DNA from: Candidatus Limnocylindrales bacterium
Lineage (GTDB): Bacteria > Desulfobacterota > Binatia > UBA1149 > CAITLU01
NCBI GenBank assembly: GCA_035626395.1
Contig: DASPNR010000002.1
Span: forward strand, 469,019 to 533,018
DNA: 64,000 nt
Direction: 5' to 3'
Numbering within the stretch: the stretch's first letter is position 1; the number at the start of each line of letters is the position of its first letter. Positions 27,306-36,707 of the stretch are shown piece after piece. The notes beneath the pieces were generated by a model. The model saw nothing but the letters and a program-made list of their open reading frames with translations, was not told where the DNA came from and ran no database searches. The position numbers and the translations under genes were made by a program.

Positions 27306-28010
27306 ATGACAGACACGCCGAACGTCCTGCTGATCGGAGCGGGCGCTCTCGGCTGCGCAGCGGCGCGGGCTCTGGCCGCAACGCGTACCGTCGCGCTGAC
27401 GCTCGTCGATGACGACGTCGTGGAGCTCTCGAACCTGCAGCGCCAGGTCCTCTACGACGGGGGTGACATCGGCGAGCCCAAGGTCGAGGCCGCGGCGGCA
27501 CGGCTGCGAACCGAGTTCGGCACCGCCGTCACGGCTCGCAACGAGCGCGCGGGTGCCTCCAACGCCGCAGCGCTGCTGGCCGGCGCAGACATCGTCATCG
27601 ATGCCTGCGACGACCCCGACACCAAGTTCCTGCTCAACCGCGAATGCGTCCAGGCACGCCTTCCGCTGATCTACGGCGGCGTCGCGCGCACCGGCGGCCA
27701 GTGGATGCTCATCGAGCCCGGCCGCTCGTGCTGCCTGGCGTGCGTGTTCCCGCCGCAGGGCAGCGAGAGCGCGCAGGGATGCTCGGCGATGGGCATCCTG
27801 GCGCCGGTGGCGGGCCTGGTCGGAACCATGCAGGCGTTGATGGCGCTGAGCTGGCTTGCGCGGCCGTCGCGCAGCCGCTCCGGACGCCTCTTCCTCTACG
27901 AGCTGACGCGCGCACGGCTGCGCTACGTCGATTTCCCGCGAAGCCCCGGCTGCGACTGCCGCGCGGCCGCGAGCGATCCGTGTGCCCGATCAGACAGAGG
28001 ACTTTCATGA
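27306..28010 (+). CDS. ThiF/MoeB/HesA-family E1-like sulfur-carrier adenylyltransferase.
   Basis: The Rossmann motif is LLIGAGALGCAAA. LSNLQRQ is present, with Cys pairs near the C-terminus (SCCLAC...GCDC). The ORF begins at TTG 27291 inside the U-tract. ATG at 27306 is the more likely start. Confidence 0.75.
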   Translation: MTDTPNVLLIGAGALGCAAARALAATRTVALTLVDDDVVELSNLQRQVLYDGGDIGEPKVEAAAARLRTEFGTAVTARNERAGASNAAALLAGADIVIDACDDPDTKFLLNRECVQARLPLIYGGVARTGGQWMLIEPGRSCCLACVFPPQGSESAQGCSAMGILAPVAGLVGTMQALMALSWLARPSRSRSGRLFLYELTRARLRYVDFPRSPGCDCRAAASDPCARSDRGLS

Positions 28011-28119
28011 CGGTGCGGCTCGCTCGAGAGCCGCGGGGCGGCGGCGGGCGCGGCCTAGAGTTGTTCGACCGCTGGTGCTACGCGGGGGCGAGCGCACAAG
28101 GCGCAGGAGGTAATGCAGA

Positions 28120-28422
28120 ATGTCGGTTCGGGTGAGAATTCCTACTCCCCTTCGAAAGTACACGGGCGGCAAGGACGCCGTCACGGCCGAAGGCACCTCG
28201 ATCGCTGCCGTGCTGGCCGATCTCGACAGATCGTGCCCCGGCCTCCGCGAGCGCATCTGCGAAGCGGACGGGTCGGTGCGGCGGTTCGTCAATCTGTACG
28301 TCAACGGCGACGACATCCGCTTTCTCGACAACGTCAACTCGCCGGTCAAGGACGGTGACGAGGTGAGCATCGTCCCGGCCATCGCCGGTGGCACGCCGGC
28401 GATGACGGGACGTGCGCGGTAG
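28120..28422 (+). CDS. cysO: MoaD/ThiS/CysO-family sulfur-carrier protein with a 9-residue C-terminal extension beyond the Gly-Gly.
   Basis: 100 aa. It has the beta-grasp pattern, and ...VSIVPAIAGG is followed by TPAMTGRAR*. It sits immediately upstream of cysM. Confidence 0.7.
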   Translation: MSVRVRIPTPLRKYTGGKDAVTAEGTSIAAVLADLDRSCPGLRERICEADGSVRRFVNLYVNGDDIRFLDNVNSPVKDGDEVSIVPAIAGGTPAMTGRAR

Positions 28423-28431
28423 CGCCCGATC

Positions 28432-29424
28432 GTGAGCACCTCCGCCCTTGCCGACGCACGACCGTGCCAGCCCGGCACGGGTCCGCACGGCTATCCGCGG
28501 ATCGTCGACCTGATCGGCAATACGCCGCTCGTGCAGCTCAACTGCCTGCGCGGACGCATTCCCGAAGGCGTGCGGATTTTCGGCAAGGTCGAAGGGTTCA
28601 ATCCGGGCGGATCGGTCAAGGCACGCGCAGCATGGAACATGCTGCGCCGCGGCCTCAACAGCGGTGCGCTTCGGCCCGGCAAGACCATCCTCGATTCGAC
28701 TTCGGGCAATACCGGCATCGCTCTGGCGATGATCGGCGCTGCGCTCGGCTATCCGGTGACGCTGGTGATGCCCGAGAACGTCTCGCTCGAACGAAAGCGC
28801 GTACTCGCCGCCTACGGCGCCCGCATCGTCTACTCGAGCCCGTTCGAAGGCAGCGACGGTGCGATCCTGCTGTGTCGCGAGCTGCTCGCCGAAGATCCCG
28901 ACCGCTACTTCAAGCCCGACCAGTACAACAACGAGGCCAACGCCGAGGCACACTACCTGACCACCGGCCCCGAGATCTGGCGGCAGACGCAAGGCACGGT
29001 CACGCATCTGGTCGCGACCATCGGCACCAGCGGCACCGTCATGGGCACGGGCCGCTTCCTCAAGGAACTCAACGCCGGCATCGAGGTGGTCGCCGCCGAA
29101 CCGGAAGACGCGTTTCACGGCATCGAAGGCCTCAAGCACATGGCCAGCTCGATCGTGCCGGGCATCTGGCACCGGGATCAGGTCGATCGCGTGATCGGCG
29201 TGGAGACCGAAGGCTCCTACGACATGGTCTACCACATCGCGGCCAAGGACGGTTTGCTGCTGGGCCAGTCCTCCGGCGCAGCGGTGCTGGCGGCCCTGGA
29301 GGTGGCGCAGGGCCTGAAGGAAGGTTGCATCGCCGTCATCCTGCCCGACTTCGGCGATCGCTACCTTTCGACCAATCTGTGGGTCGGCTGGCGCGATCGC
29401 CATCAGCTGGCGTCCGGCGCTTGA
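28432..29424 (+). CDS. cysM: Cysteine synthase (CysK/CysM family, PLP-dependent), probably using thiocarboxylated CysO as the sulfur donor.
   Basis: 330 aa. The PLP Lys is in GGSVKARAA, and the Gly loop is TSGNTGIALA. Full-length similarity to O-acetylserine/O-phosphoserine sulfhydrylases. Confidence 0.85.
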   Translation: MSTSALADARPCQPGTGPHGYPRIVDLIGNTPLVQLNCLRGRIPEGVRIFGKVEGFNPGGSVKARAAWNMLRRGLNSGALRPGKTILDSTSGNTGIALAMIGAALGYPVTLVMPENVSLERKRVLAAYGARIVYSSPFEGSDGAILLCRELLAEDPDRYFKPDQYNNEANAEAHYLTTGPEIWRQTQGTVTHLVATIGTSGTVMGTGRFLKELNAGIEVVAAEPEDAFHGIEGLKHMASSIVPGIWHRDQVDRVIGVETEGSYDMVYHIAAKDGLLLGQSSGAAVLAALEVAQGLKEGCIAVILPDFGDRYLSTNLWVGWRDRHQLASGA

Positions 29425-29451
29425 CGCGCCTGACCCCATGGAACGCCACGC

Positions 29452-30015
29452 ATGCCGTTGAGCAATGAGGACATCGAGCGATACGCGCGTCAGATCGTCA
29501 TTCCGGGCATAGGCGCGAGCGGACAGGAGGCGCTGCTCGCGGCAACGGTGGCGGTGGTCGGCGATGAGGCCGGCGTCGAGCAGGTCGAGCTGTATCTGCG
29601 CGCGGCCGGACCGCGGGTGGTTCGAGACATGGAGTCGGCGACTGGCGCGGTCGTGGTGGCAGGCGTGTCGTCCATCGACGACCGAACGCGCGAGCGCATC
29701 CTGCGCAGCGGCGTGCCCGCACTCTGGTACGAGCTCACCGGCCGCGGCTTCGTCTGCGGCGTGCATCCAGATGCACGCCTGGAAGAGGCGGCGACTTCGC
29801 GTCGAGCGGCCGATGACGGGACGAGGGCGACGCAGCATGTGGCGACGCGAGATGACGCAACGACGTCGACGCAGCATCGAGCCCCCGCAGACGATGACGC
29901 GGTCAGGTCGCTGCTGCACCGCGTGGCGGCGTGTGATGCCGCTGCCGCGGCGTGCGCGGTCATTCTGCGCCTGCCCTTTCGCAGCGGCCGGCAGACGGTC
30001 GATGTTCTTGGGTGA
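29452..30015 (+). CDS. Degenerate ThiF/MoeB-like protein (E1-like N-terminal region only, no intact GxGxxG).
   Basis: 187 aa. IERYARQIVIPGIGASGQEAL matches the E1 N-terminal consensus (RYSRQ..L..IG..GQ..L), but the nucleotide-binding Gly motif is replaced by VVGDEAG. The C-terminal half is low-complexity. Confidence 0.4.
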   Translation: MPLSNEDIERYARQIVIPGIGASGQEALLAATVAVVGDEAGVEQVELYLRAAGPRVVRDMESATGAVVVAGVSSIDDRTRERILRSGVPALWYELTGRGFVCGVHPDARLEEAATSRRAADDGTRATQHVATRDDATTSTQHRAPADDDAVRSLLHRVAACDAAAAACAVILRLPFRSGRQTVDVLG

Positions 30016-30021
30016 TAGCGC

Positions 30022-30351
30022 TCAGAACCGAGCGTCAGGATTGAGCGCCAGCTCGTAGCCGAAGACTTCGCTGAGAAGGAACCAGATCAGCGCCAGCGCG
30101 GCCATCATCACGGCAAACGCCGCGATGGCCACGCCGCAAAGCGCGATCATCGCTGCCGCGCCCGCAGCGCCGATAATGGGCGCGAGAAACGACCAGCGAT
30201 TGTAGGGCTCGACCGGCCGCAGCAGCGTCGAGAGACTTGCCGGCCGGCCCGTATCGTCGGTGGCGCCACCAGCCCACGAAAAGGTGGCGCCAAATGCATC
30301 GAAAGCGCCGTTTCGCGCGTTGCGCAGGAACTCTTCGAAGCTCACGTCCAT
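30022..30351 (-). CDS. Small membrane protein, hypothetical (109 aa, one or two TM helices).
   Basis: The hydrophobic stretch is FLAPIIGAAGAAAMIALCGVAIAAFAVMMAALALIWFLL. It is the last gene of the ECF sigma operon on the minus strand. Confidence 0.35.
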   Translation of the reverse strand: MDVSFEEFLRNARNGAFDAFGATFSWAGGATDDTGRPASLSTLLRPVEPYNRWSFLAPIIGAAGAAAMIALCGVAIAAFAVMMAALALIWFLLSEVFGYELALNPDARF

Positions 30352-30357
30352 CGTCGC

Positions 30358-30954
30358 TCAGTTCGAGGGCTTGGCTGCCTGCGCGGGCATCGGAGCCGTC
30401 GCTTCGTTCTTCTTCTCGGCCTTCTCACCGGCCTTGTCGCCGCCACCGGCGGCTGCCGCCTTCTTGCCGCGGCCCGAGCGCGCGTTGCGTCCCCTCGGCT
30501 CCTCGGCGGCCTGCTTGGCACCGATGGTGATGATGAGCGTGCCGTCGGGCCCGCGCGGCCCGCCCAGCAGCACGACCGATCCCGGCTCCAGCTTGATGTC
30601 GGTGTTGATGAGCGGCCGGTTCGATTCGTTCAGCAGCACGTGCATTCGCAGGTGATCGCGCGTGTGGTCGCGGGTCGTGATGTGCAGGTAGCGGTCGTGC
30701 GGCAGCTGGATGCCGCACTGGTCGCCCGTGCCCTTGATCAGGCGCGACTCGGTGTCGACCAGGCGGTAGCTCTTGAAGCGCAGCGAGCGCAGCTCACTGC
30801 GCAGGTCGGTCAGCTTCGGATCGAAGTTGCGGCTCTGGTTGGACGCCAGAACCGTCGAGATCGTGATGACGGTGCGAGGCTCGCCGCCGGAGGCTCCGGT
30901 GGCGAACGTGGCGGCCAAGGCCGCCGCCATCGCGACCCGAGCCGCCGAAATCAT
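30358..30954 (-). CDS. Secreted/periplasmic hypothetical protein with a Lys/Ala/Gly-rich C-terminal tail, co-transcribed with the ECF sigma and anti-sigma factor.
   Basis: The start is the internal Met of MISAARVAMAAALAATFATGAS (signal-like). Its ATG overlaps the anti-sigma stop as ATGA. No family recognised. Confidence 0.45.
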   Translation of the reverse strand: MISAARVAMAAALAATFATGASGGEPRTVITISTVLASNQSRNFDPKLTDLRSELRSLRFKSYRLVDTESRLIKGTGDQCGIQLPHDRYLHITTRDHTRDHLRMHVLLNESNRPLINTDIKLEPGSVVLLGGPRGPDGTLIITIGAKQAAEEPRGRNARSGRGKKAAAAGGGDKAGEKAEKKNEATAPMPAQAAKPSN

Positions 30955-31592
30955 CTGCCGAAGTCCACGTTCTCGATCGGTGTACGGTTCTCCACCCAGA
31001 TCACCCGCGCCTTGCTCCTGGGATGGACCCAGGTCGAAACCATGTGGCCGGGTGCCGCTTCGATGGCATCGACGTCCGTGGCCTTCTCGTCCACCGCAGG
31101 CGGCGAGTAGTCGGAAGATGCCAGAGCGATCGTGGACTCGATGGGCTCGGGAGCTTCGGCGAGCCTGACCGGCGTCTTGACCGGGCTCATCAGCACGACG
31201 AACAACGCCGCGGCGGCAGCCGAAACGCTCGCAGCCGCTCCCACCCGCCACCATGCCGAGCCCGAGCGCGCCGAACGCTGCGCTGCCACGCGTCCGGCGC
31301 TGCGGCCGGAGCGGCTCGACGGAGCGCGGTCGTAGGCAGCCGGACGGACGGAAGAGCCGCGATCCGGATCGAGTGCTGCGTGTACGTGAGACGCGAGATC
31401 GGAAACGTCAACGGCCGTGGCAACTTCTGCTACGGCCGTCGAAAGGAGGATTCTCGTCTGCTGCCATCGGGTGACCGAGCGGTCGCACGTCGTGCAGCAC
31501 GCCAGGTGGGCGCGGGCGGCGGCGGCCTCGGTCTTGTCGAGAAGACCGTCTACGTAACGGTCGAACGATTCTTCGAACTGAATACAGGTCAT
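30951..31592 (-). CDS. Anti-sigma factor (zf-HC2 type), single TM.
   Basis: HLACCTTCDR is the zinc-finger anti-sigma motif. The TM is WWRVGAAASVSAAAAALFVVLMS. It lies immediately downstream of the ECF sigma. The start is probably the Met of MTCIQFEESFDRYVDG. Confidence 0.6.
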   Translation of the reverse strand: MTCIQFEESFDRYVDGLLDKTEAAAARAHLACCTTCDRSVTRWQQTRILLSTAVAEVATAVDVSDLASHVHAALDPDRGSSVRPAAYDRAPSSRSGRSAGRVAAQRSARSGSAWWRVGAAASVSAAAAALFVVLMSPVKTPVRLAEAPEPIESTIALASSDYSPPAVDEKATDVDAIEAAPGHMVSTWVHPRSKARVIWVENRTPIENVDFGR

Positions 31593-31629
31593 CGGCGGAG
31601 AGGCTCCTACACGCGTCGTCAAGCCAAGG

Positions 31630-32226
31630 TCACATCATCTCCTGCAGACGCGCCTGAAGCTTCTTGCGCGCGTAGTGGAGACGACTCATCACTGTTCCCA
31701 TGGAGCACTGCAGGACTTCGCTGATTTCTTCGTAGGAAAGGCCGTCGATCTCGCGCAGAAGTATGACCGCGCGGTGGTCGGGCGTCAAACTTTCGATCGC
31801 CTCGAAAATCTTCTGTCCGAGCTCGCGACTACGCACCCTGTCGAAAGGATCCGTTCCGATGACCGCCGATCCCCGCCCCACCGATTCTTCGGTGTGAGCG
31901 ACGCCCTCGTCGAACTCGACGGAAGGACGCTTGCCTTCACGGCGCTGGTGGTCGATGGCCAGGTTCATCGCGATACGGTACAGCCACGTGTAGAACGACG
32001 AATCGCCTTTGAACGAGTCCAGGCTCCGAAAGACTCGTACGAAGGTCTCCTGAATGATCTCTCTTGCATCATCCGGGTTGCGGACCATGCCGACGACAAC
32101 GCCGAGAAGCCGGCGCTGATATCGCTGCAGGAGAACGTCAACCGCTTCACGGTCCCCGGCTCGGGCCCGCTCCACGAGTTCGCCGTCGGTCGGCTCCACA
32201 CGCCGTTCTCCATGGTCCTGGGCCAT
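31630..32226 (-). CDS. ECF-subfamily RNA polymerase sigma-70 factor.
   Basis: 198 aa. Region 2 is FVRVFRSLDSFKGDSSFYTWLYRIAMNLAIDHQRR. Region 4 is LSYEEISEVLQCSMGTVMSRLHYARKKL. Confidence 0.85.
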   Translation of the reverse strand: MAQDHGERRVEPTDGELVERARAGDREAVDVLLQRYQRRLLGVVVGMVRNPDDAREIIQETFVRVFRSLDSFKGDSSFYTWLYRIAMNLAIDHQRREGKRPSVEFDEGVAHTEESVGRGSAVIGTDPFDRVRSRELGQKIFEAIESLTPDHRAVILLREIDGLSYEEISEVLQCSMGTVMSRLHYARKKLQARLQEMM

Positions 32227-32301
32227 AGACGGGACCCTGCCCAGGCGTATTCAGCGAGGACCGGGACTAACTCCGCTTTCGATCAAAGAATTCTGCCGGG
32301 C

Positions 32302-35025
32302 TCAGTGCGCCTCGGCCCAGCTCCGCCCGCTGCCGACGTCGACGACGACCGGCACCAGAAGGTCCGCTGCCTGGACCATGGTCTTCGCGACCAGGGCCGA
32401 GGCATCTTCCACCTGATCGGCAGGGCTTTCGAGTAACAATTCATCATGAATCTGTAAAACCAGCCTCGCCGCCAGCTTGCTCGCCGACAGGGCCTCGTCC
32501 AGCGCGACCATCGCGCGCTTGATGATATCGGCGGCGCTCCCCTGGATTGGGGTATTGGTGGCGACCCGCTCTGCCAGCTGCCGGCGGCCGCCGTGCTCGC
32601 TGGCGATGTCCGGCAGATAGCGGCGCCGGCCGTAGAGCGTGGCCACGTAGCCGTTGGAATGCGCACACTCGAGCATTCTTCCGTAAAACCGCCTCACTCC
32701 AGGATACCGATCGAAGTATCGCTTGATGTAGTCTTCCGCGTCGGCCCGGCTGATGCCGAGCTCGCGCGACAGCCGCACCGGCCCCATGCCGTAGACGATG
32801 CCGTAGTTGACGACCTTGGCGTCGCGGCGCATCGAAGGCGTGACCTTGTCGGCCGGCAGGTCGAACAGCTCGGCCGATGTGGCCGTGTGGATGTCGAGGC
32901 CGCTGCGGAACGCTTCGATCAGGCTGGCGTCCTCGGACAGATGGGCCAGGACCCGCAGCTCGATCTGGTTGTAGTCGGCCGAGATCAGCCGGCAGCCGTC
33001 CGGGGCGATGAATGCCCCGCGGATCAAGGCGCCCTCCTCGGTCCGGATCGGGATGTTCTGGAGGTTGGGATCGCTCGAGGACAGGCGGCCGGTGGCCGCC
33101 ACCGTCTGGTTCAGGCGCGTATGAATGCGGCCGGCTCCATCGACCATGCGCCCGAGCGCATCGACGTAGGTCGATTTCAGCTTCGACATTCCCCGGTACT
33201 CCAGGACCAGGGCCGGCAGCGGATGCAGGCGAGCCAGCAGCTCCAGGGAATCGCTGTCGGTGGAGGGGCCGGACTTGGTCGTCTTGATCCCTTTGACCGG
33301 CAGCGCCAGGCGCTTGAAGAGCACGTCGCGCAGCTGGACCGGCGACAGGATGTTGAACTCACAGCCGGCGGCCTCGTAGACCCTTTCGACCAGCGTGGCC
33401 ATGCGCCCTTCCAGGCTCTTGGACATGCGCGCCAGGCTGCCCGTGTCCAGCAGCAGGCCGTAGGCTTCCATTCCCGCCAGAATGCTCAGGAGCGGATGCT
33501 CGAGGGCGCGGTAGAGCTCCATCTGCTCGCGCGCCGTCAGCTGGGCCTCCAGCATCTGTGCGGCCCGCCGTACCTGGTCCAGCGCCGCCTCGCCGTGCCC
33601 CGGCTCGGCCGGCTGCTCGTGCAGGAAGCGTCGCACCACGTCGAAGCGGCTGTGATCGCCGGCTTCGGGATCGCAAAGGTAGGAGGCAAGACCGAGGTCG
33701 AGGCCGCGCCGACCTGGAACCGCGCCGAGCTCGCGCGCCAGCACCTTGAGGTCGAATCCGACCAGTGACGCGCCGGCAGCGGCCAGCCCTTGCAACGCCT
33801 GGCGCGCATGCGCTTCGCCGTGAACGCGCACGACGGCGGCGTCGCTGGCGAGCGTCAGCGACCATTCCTCGAGCGGCCCGCGCGACCACGCGACGTAAAG
33901 CGCTCCCGAACCGAGATCGCGCCAGTCGCCGACCGACTCCGGCTCCGGCGCGGCGGCGATCTGCTCGGCGCGTGCCGCGGCCTCGGCCGCCGCGCGCGCG
34001 CGGCTGCCGCGGCGTGGCGCGGGAGCCGCAGGATCCTGCGCGCGCAGCGTGAGCACCTCGCCCGACTCGGCCGCACCGCCGAGGATGCGCATGCGCTGCA
34101 CCAGGCGGGGCATCTCCAGCTCCTCGGCCAGCCGCTCCAGCTCGTCGGTGGCCAGGCGCCCGAGCTGCAGTTCGTGCGGCTCCACTTCCACGGGCACGTC
34201 GCTGCGGACCTTGGCCAGCTGGCGGCAAAGACGCACCAGATCCGCGCATTCCTCGATCTTCCTGCGCACGCCGGCGGCGCCCCGCAGCCCCGGGATCTTC
34301 TCGATCTCCTCGCTGCGCTCGAGCATCGCGTCGACCGAGCCGAAATGCGCGATGAGGCAGCTCGCGGTCTTCTGCCCGATGCCCTTGACCCCGGGAATGT
34401 TGTCCGAGGAATCGCCCATCAGGCCGAGCACGTCCGGCACGGCGCGCGGCGGCACGCCGAATTTCTCGAGCACCTCCTTCTCGGTGATGCGGCCCTCGCG
34501 CATGGGGTCCAGGAGAGAGACCGACGCCGTCACGCATTGCATGAGGTCCTTGTCGGCGGTGACCAGAATCACGTCGTATCCGGCCTCCTCGTACTGCCGC
34601 GCCAGCGTGGCCAGGATGTCGTCGGCCTCGAAGCCCTCGCGGTCCAGGATCGGGATCTGCAGCGCCGAGATCAGGCGGCGGACGTAGGGAAACTGCACCT
34701 GCAGGTTCTCTTCGGGCTGGATTCGGTTCGCCTTGTACTCGGGGTACAGCGTCTGGCGGAAGGTATCGCGCGTCGTGTCGAAGCAGCAGCCCATCAGGCA
34801 CGGCTTCTGCTCGCGGATCAGCTTCTCCAGCGTGGTGGCCACGCCGTGGATGGCGTTGGTCGGCAGCCCCTTGGAAGTGCTCAGCGGCGGCAGCGCGTGA
34901 TAGGCCCGAAAGATGAAGTAGCTCGTGTCCAGCAGGTAGACGCAGCGCTCCGGAGGTCTGGGCACGGCGGCACGGTCGGCCAGTCGCGCGGTCGATGCAA
35001 CTGCTGGCATGCGCAGCTTCAGCAT
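32302..35025 (-). CDS. polA: DNA polymerase I.
   Basis: The 5'-3' exonuclease N-terminus is YLLDTSYFIFRAYHA. A 3'-5' exonuclease domain is present. Polymerase motifs are DYSQIELR-like (ADYNQIELRVL) and the C-terminus ...QIHDELLLE. The start is uncertain among in-frame Mets at 35088, 35025 and 35010. Confidence 0.95.
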   Translation of the reverse strand: MLKLRMPAVASTARLADRAAVPRPPERCVYLLDTSYFIFRAYHALPPLSTSKGLPTNAIHGVATTLEKLIREQKPCLMGCCFDTTRDTFRQTLYPEYKANRIQPEENLQVQFPYVRRLISALQIPILDREGFEADDILATLARQYEEAGYDVILVTADKDLMQCVTASVSLLDPMREGRITEKEVLEKFGVPPRAVPDVLGLMGDSSDNIPGVKGIGQKTASCLIAHFGSVDAMLERSEEIEKIPGLRGAAGVRRKIEECADLVRLCRQLAKVRSDVPVEVEPHELQLGRLATDELERLAEELEMPRLVQRMRILGGAAESGEVLTLRAQDPAAPAPRRGSRARAAAEAAARAEQIAAAPEPESVGDWRDLGSGALYVAWSRGPLEEWSLTLASDAAVVRVHGEAHARQALQGLAAAGASLVGFDLKVLARELGAVPGRRGLDLGLASYLCDPEAGDHSRFDVVRRFLHEQPAEPGHGEAALDQVRRAAQMLEAQLTAREQMELYRALEHPLLSILAGMEAYGLLLDTGSLARMSKSLEGRMATLVERVYEAAGCEFNILSPVQLRDVLFKRLALPVKGIKTTKSGPSTDSDSLELLARLHPLPALVLEYRGMSKLKSTYVDALGRMVDGAGRIHTRLNQTVAATGRLSSSDPNLQNIPIRTEEGALIRGAFIAPDGCRLISADYNQIELRVLAHLSEDASLIEAFRSGLDIHTATSAELFDLPADKVTPSMRRDAKVVNYGIVYGMGPVRLSRELGISRADAEDYIKRYFDRYPGVRRFYGRMLECAHSNGYVATLYGRRRYLPDIASEHGGRRQLAERVATNTPIQGSAADIIKRAMVALDEALSASKLAARLVLQIHDELLLESPADQVEDASALVAKTMVQAADLLVPVVVDVGSGRSWAEAH

Positions 35026-35179
35026 GCTCGCACGATGGGCCGGTGTACGGCCGACGTCATGCACGCGGGCCTGGAGCGAGCCGCGCACGCGCCCGAGCCG
35101 CAGCCACGTTGACAGCGGTTTTCACCGTGTTTAGATGGCGCGCGTTCGCGGGCGATCTGCCTGCGATACGAACCAACGC

Positions 35180-35935
35180 ATGATCGAAGTCTCCAACCTG
35201 ACGAAGACCTACGGGTCCATCACCGCCGTCGACGGCGTTTCCTTCATGGTCGCCACCGGGCAGGCCGCGGGCTTTCTGGGCCCCAACGGCGCGGGCAAGA
35301 CCACGACCATGCGGATCATCACCGGGTTCATGCCGGCGACCGCCGGCACGGTGACGGTCGACGGCTTCGACGTCTTCGACGATTCCTTCGAGGTACGCCG
35401 GCGCATCGGATACCTCCCCGAAACGCCGCCGCTGTACCTGGAGATGACGGTGCGCAGCTACCTGCGCCACGTCGGCAAGCTCAAGGGCATCGTCCGCAAC
35501 CGCATCGCCTCGGCTGCCGACCGCGCCATCGAGGAGTGCAGCCTGGAGAACGTGGCCGGCCGTCTCTGCGGCCATCTCTCCAAGGGCTACCGCCAGCGCG
35601 TCGGCCTGGCACAGGCGCTCATCCACGAGCCGGCCGTGCTGATCCTGGACGAGCCGACGATCGGCCTGGATCCGGCACAGATCATCGAGATTCGCGCGCT
35701 GATCCGGCGCCTGGCCACGGAACGCACCGTCATCCTGTCCACGCACATCCTGCCCGAGGTGGCGCAGATCTGTCAGAAGGTCGTCATCATCAACCAGGGA
35801 CGCATCGCGCTGGAGTCGGACATCGCCGACCTGGTGCGCGAGCGCAGCCTCGAAGAGGAATACCTGCGCCACGTCAGCGGTGAGGCGCTCGGCGCCGGCC
35901 AGCCCGAGGCGAGCACCGGCGGAGGAGGCATCTGA
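35180..35935 (+). CDS. ABC transporter ATP-binding protein (GldA-like).
   Basis: Walker A is GPNGAGKTT. The ABC signature is LSKGYRQRVGLAQAL. Walker B is LILDEPT. Confidence 0.85.
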   Translation: MIEVSNLTKTYGSITAVDGVSFMVATGQAAGFLGPNGAGKTTTMRIITGFMPATAGTVTVDGFDVFDDSFEVRRRIGYLPETPPLYLEMTVRSYLRHVGKLKGIVRNRIASAADRAIEECSLENVAGRLCGHLSKGYRQRVGLAQALIHEPAVLILDEPTIGLDPAQIIEIRALIRRLATERTVILSTHILPEVAQICQKVVIINQGRIALESDIADLVRERSLEEEYLRHVSGEALGAGQPEASTGGGGI

Positions 35936-35936
35936 C

Positions 35937-36707
35937 ATGCGCAACGTTGCCGCCATCGCGTGGCGCGACATCCGCGCCGTCTTCGTCTCGCCGATCGCCT
36001 ACGTCGTGCTGACGGGCTTCACGCTGCTGTCGGGGTGGTTCTTCTTCAACATGCTTGCGCAGTTCAATCGCCTCGTCGCGCAGTACTCGATGCTGCAGGG
36101 CATGGACACGACCTGGCTGAACCTGAACGACGCCGTCATCACCCCGCTCCTGCACAACATGCTGGTGGTTCTGCTGATCGTCATTCCGATGATCACGATG
36201 CGAAGCTGGTCGGAGGAGAAAGGAGCGGCCACGTTCGAGCTGCTCTTCACCTCGCCCGTGCGCGTGGGCGAGATGGTGCTCGGCAAGTACCTGGCGGGCG
36301 CCGCGCTGGTGACGCTGATGCTGGCGCTGGCCATGATCTTTCCCGCACTGCTGTTCTGGTACGGCAATCCGGAATTCGGCATGACCGCCGCCGGCTTCCT
36401 CGGCCTCTACCTGACGGCCCTGGCGTTCGTCGCGGCGGGCAATTTCACGTCGTCGCTGACTTCCAACCAGATCATCGCCACCATCAGCGCGCTCGTGATC
36501 CTGCTGCTGCTGTTCGTCATCAGCTGGCCGGCCGAGGGCGCCAACGAGACGCTGCGAGGCATCCTGACCTATCTCTCGGTCACCGAGCACTTCCGCAACA
36601 TGGCCAAGGGGACGATCGAGACGCGCGACTTCGTCTACTTTCTCAGCCTGATCGCCACGTTCCTGTTCCTGACCCACCGCGCGGTGGAATCGAATCGGTG
36701 GAAGTAG
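35937..36707 (+). CDS. ABC-2 type transporter permease (GldF-like).
   Basis: Six predicted TM segments. The fold resembles ABC-2 family permeases. It is adjacent to the ATPase, and its stop overlaps the next gene's GTG. Confidence 0.8.
   Translation: MRNVAAIAWRDIRAVFVSPIAYVVLTGFTLLSGWFFFNMLAQFNRLVAQYSMLQGMDTTWLNLNDAVITPLLHNMLVVLLIVIPMITMRSWSEEKGAATFELLFTSPVRVGEMVLGKYLAGAALVTLMLALAMIFPALLFWYGNPEFGMTAAGFLGLYLTALAFVAAGNFTSSLTSNQIIATISALVILLLLFVISWPAEGANETLRGILTYLSVTEHFRNMAKGTIETRDFVYFLSLIATFLFLTHRAVESNRWK

Noticed and set aside
27225-27311. 28-codon ORF (MEDKVELQRLLLNLFLIFRKRFFCIARP) with an upstream GAGAGG, considered as a Cys-operon leader peptide
   Set aside because: It has only one Cys codon and overlaps the riboswitch P1 and terminator. 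The region is better explained as the SAM-I expression platform.
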